A stretch of 37,723 nucleotides of DNA. Source: an uncultured bacterium (GTDB lineage: Bacteria; Fermentibacterota; Fermentibacteria; Fermentibacterales; JCC-6). The position numbers and the translations under genes are program-made. The DNA is taken from contig CAZRCS010000002.1 in NCBI GenBank assembly GCA_964598645.1, positions 1-37,723 of the forward strand, read 5' to 3'. The notes under the pieces were generated by a model. That model saw nothing but the letters and a program-made list of their open reading frames with translations, was not told the origin of the DNA and made no database searches. Shown piece after piece: positions 36,448-37,723 of this stretch (position 1 is the first letter of the stretch; each line of letters opens with the position of its first letter).

Positions 36448-36476
36448 TTGCTTTATTTAAAGAGATATAGTATATT
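36448..36476 (+). promoter_or_regulatory. candidate sigma70-type promoter for the RRM gene (TTGCTT-17 nt-TATATT)
   Basis: Hexamers read directly: TTGCTT at 36448-36453 and TATATT at 36471-36476. This would give a roughly 85-95 nt leader containing two hairpins (36494-36511 and 36532-36546). Confidence 0.35.
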
Positions 36477-36569
36477 AAAATATAGTTATGGCTACAGGAA
36501 GCAGATCCTGTCGCTGTCACTTGTATACTGTCCGGCGGTGTGCCGGGCAACTTTGAATCGGAAGAAAAT

Positions 36570-36833
36570 ATGAAAATGTACGTAGGAAACTTGGCCTTCT
36601 CGGTTACCAACAGTGAACTGGAGAATCTTTTCAGCCAGTGTGGCACTGTTACCAGTGCACAGGTAATCACCGATCGTGAATCAGGAAGGTCAAAAGGATT
36701 CGGATTTGTCGAGATGTCAAGCACATCCGAGATGGAGTCAGCAATCGAGAAATTCGACGGCTCAGAGCTCGATGGCAGGTCCATCAAGGTTAACAAAGCC
36801 AAACCAAGGGAAGAGCGCCCTTCCAGATACTAA
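36570..36833 (+). CDS. RRM-type (RNP-1/RNP-2) RNA-binding protein
   Basis: RNP-2 MYVGNL and RNP-1 KGFGFVEM are present in a roughly 87-aa single-domain protein. ATG at 36570 or 36576. Confidence 0.9.
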   Translation: MKMYVGNLAFSVTNSELENLFSQCGTVTSAQVITDRESGRSKGFGFVEMSSTSEMESAIEKFDGSELDGRSIKVNKAKPREERPSRY

Positions 36834-36848
36834 GCTCAAGATACATTA

Positions 36849-36881
36849 AAGAGGAGGCCGGCATTTTGTCGGCCTCCTCTT
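36849..36881 (+). terminator. stem-loop terminator downstream of the RRM gene
   Basis: A perfect 12-bp stem (AAGAGGAGGCCG / CGGCCTCCTCTT) has a 9-nt loop. The trailing T-run is weak. Confidence 0.6.
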
Positions 36882-37012
36882 CGTATGGAGTCTTTTCCCA
36901 AAGGTATTTCTGATACCGCGCAGAAAACGGTTTTCGTGCCGGGAAGGTCTGCTCTTATACAGCATTCCTTTATAGATATGTGTATCATGCGAAAAGGAGG
37001 GAGACTGTAGTA

Positions 37013-37570
37013 ATGAAAACCAACATCAGTAAGAACAAAAAAGATTCTAACGGCAAAACAGCTGGAAAAATCAGATTCATTATAATCGCAGTTTTCTCTC
37101 TGCTTGCATCTTACGTCTCTTCCGCTTCTCATTATGAGACAATATCTTTTATCCCGGAAGAGGGGATTGAAGAGTTCATTGTTGAAAAACTGGACCTGAC
37201 CTCATTCAGGAATTCCCTTGGACCAGCCAGGAGTCCGGGTATGCGCTACTTTTCCGACATGGGTTTGGCACCAACTGAGATATCAGAGGGAAGAATCGTC
37301 TTTGAAACTGAAACCTGGTACTACTGTATTGAGTTGATTGAGCGCAGGGACATAAATCACGAAGGAGTTGAAGACATTCAGATAACTTTCACAGATGAAT
37401 CCATTGAAGGGACTTACTTAACCGAATACATTTACCTCCTGACAGGTCTTTCAGATGAATCTGACCTGATTGCAATTGCCTATGGTCCATCAGGATATCT
37501 TCACAGCGAAAGAGATCCTGGAATGAGTGAAGGACTGATAGTCCCCTGGAGCGAGCAAAGCGGACCATGA
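37013..37570 (+). CDS. hypothetical protein with N-terminal signal-anchor
   Basis: MKTNISKNKKDSNGKTAGKIRFIIIAVFSLLASYVSSA is followed by a soluble domain I do not recognise. AAGGAGGG lies upstream of the ATG at 37013. Confidence 0.45.
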   Translation: MKTNISKNKKDSNGKTAGKIRFIIIAVFSLLASYVSSASHYETISFIPEEGIEEFIVEKLDLTSFRNSLGPARSPGMRYFSDMGLAPTEISEGRIVFETETWYYCIELIERRDINHEGVEDIQITFTDESIEGTYLTEYIYLLTGLSDESDLIAIAYGPSGYLHSERDPGMSEGLIVPWSEQSGP

Positions 37571-37723
37571 TCAGGTACCCCATATTGAAAACTTTTCGAA
37601 CTATTTCATTAATGGGGCCTGGCACCCCTGTGGATGCTTATGGAACTGGAGCTGCCTTCTCCAGTCAGTCAGTTGACTATCTTCTCCTATGAAGACCTTT
37701 AGTACTCTGCAAAACCGGTCAGA

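Noticed and set aside
36490-36555. Partial resemblance to SRP (4.5S) RNA motifs (GGAAGCAG..., GTGTGCCGGG)
   Set aside because: The local fold is a 6-bp stem with a 6-nt loop, not the GNRA-capped helix 8 with its symmetric and asymmetric loops. The long closing helix is also absent. It is better explained as hairpins in the rbp leader.
36425-36802. 125-aa minus-strand ORF
   Set aside because: It lies antisense to the RRM gene, which has textbook RNP-1 and RNP-2 motifs. It is a shadow ORF.
1-37723. Search by eye for CRISPR arrays, IS elements or transposases, integrases, phage genes, toxin-antitoxin pairs, reverse transcriptases and rRNA/tRNA genes
   Set aside because: I found none. There are no regularly spaced direct repeats, no terminal inverted repeats flanking a transposase-like ORF, and no ORF with recombinase, RT or nuclease signatures. 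A computational repeat or Rfam scan could still reveal elements I cannot see by eye.

Overview
This is a 37.7-kb bacterial chromosomal window that is almost fully coding, with about 40 genes in tightly packed, often overlapping operons. All calls come from reading the supplied translations and DNA by eye. No searches or alignments were run.

Content from left to right:
- An ABC-2 exporter operon that also carries a DUF523/TudS-like gene.
- A plus-strand operon: cupin, PaaI thioesterase, alpha/beta hydrolase, THUMP methyltransferase.
- A long minus-strand run: HMA-fused DUF318 metal permease, ArsR, hybrid histidine kinase, class I fumarate hydratase alpha and beta, malic enzyme.
- An operon of GATase1, PepD, a 2-hydroxyacid dehydrogenase and a DUF4954-like protein.
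- An orphan radical-SAM/SPASM enzyme and PepT.
- An HTH-EIIA(Ntr)-like gene followed by pyrBI.
- A T9SS-tailed FG-GAP protein.
- The conserved queH-ruvB-ruvA-ruvC-yebC block.
- Three consecutive, translationally coupled zinc-ribbon genes with no function I can assign, lying just downstream of a T9SS-tailed M14 carboxypeptidase.
- A long-form urocanase.
- A visibly lower-GC right end carrying a GT-C-type membrane glycosyltransferase, about 400-530 bp of non-coding DNA (depending on the glycosyltransferase start), an RRM-type RNA-binding protein and a small secreted protein.

Strong GGAGG ribosome-binding sites together with T9SS-type C-terminal sorting domains suggest an uncultivated, peptide-fermenting member of the FCB superphylum outside Bacteroidetes. 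That placement is inference only.

No rRNA, tRNA, CRISPR array, transposase, integrase or phage genes were recognised.

The best candidate for an undescribed system is the paralogous Zn-ribbon triad at 27840-30203.
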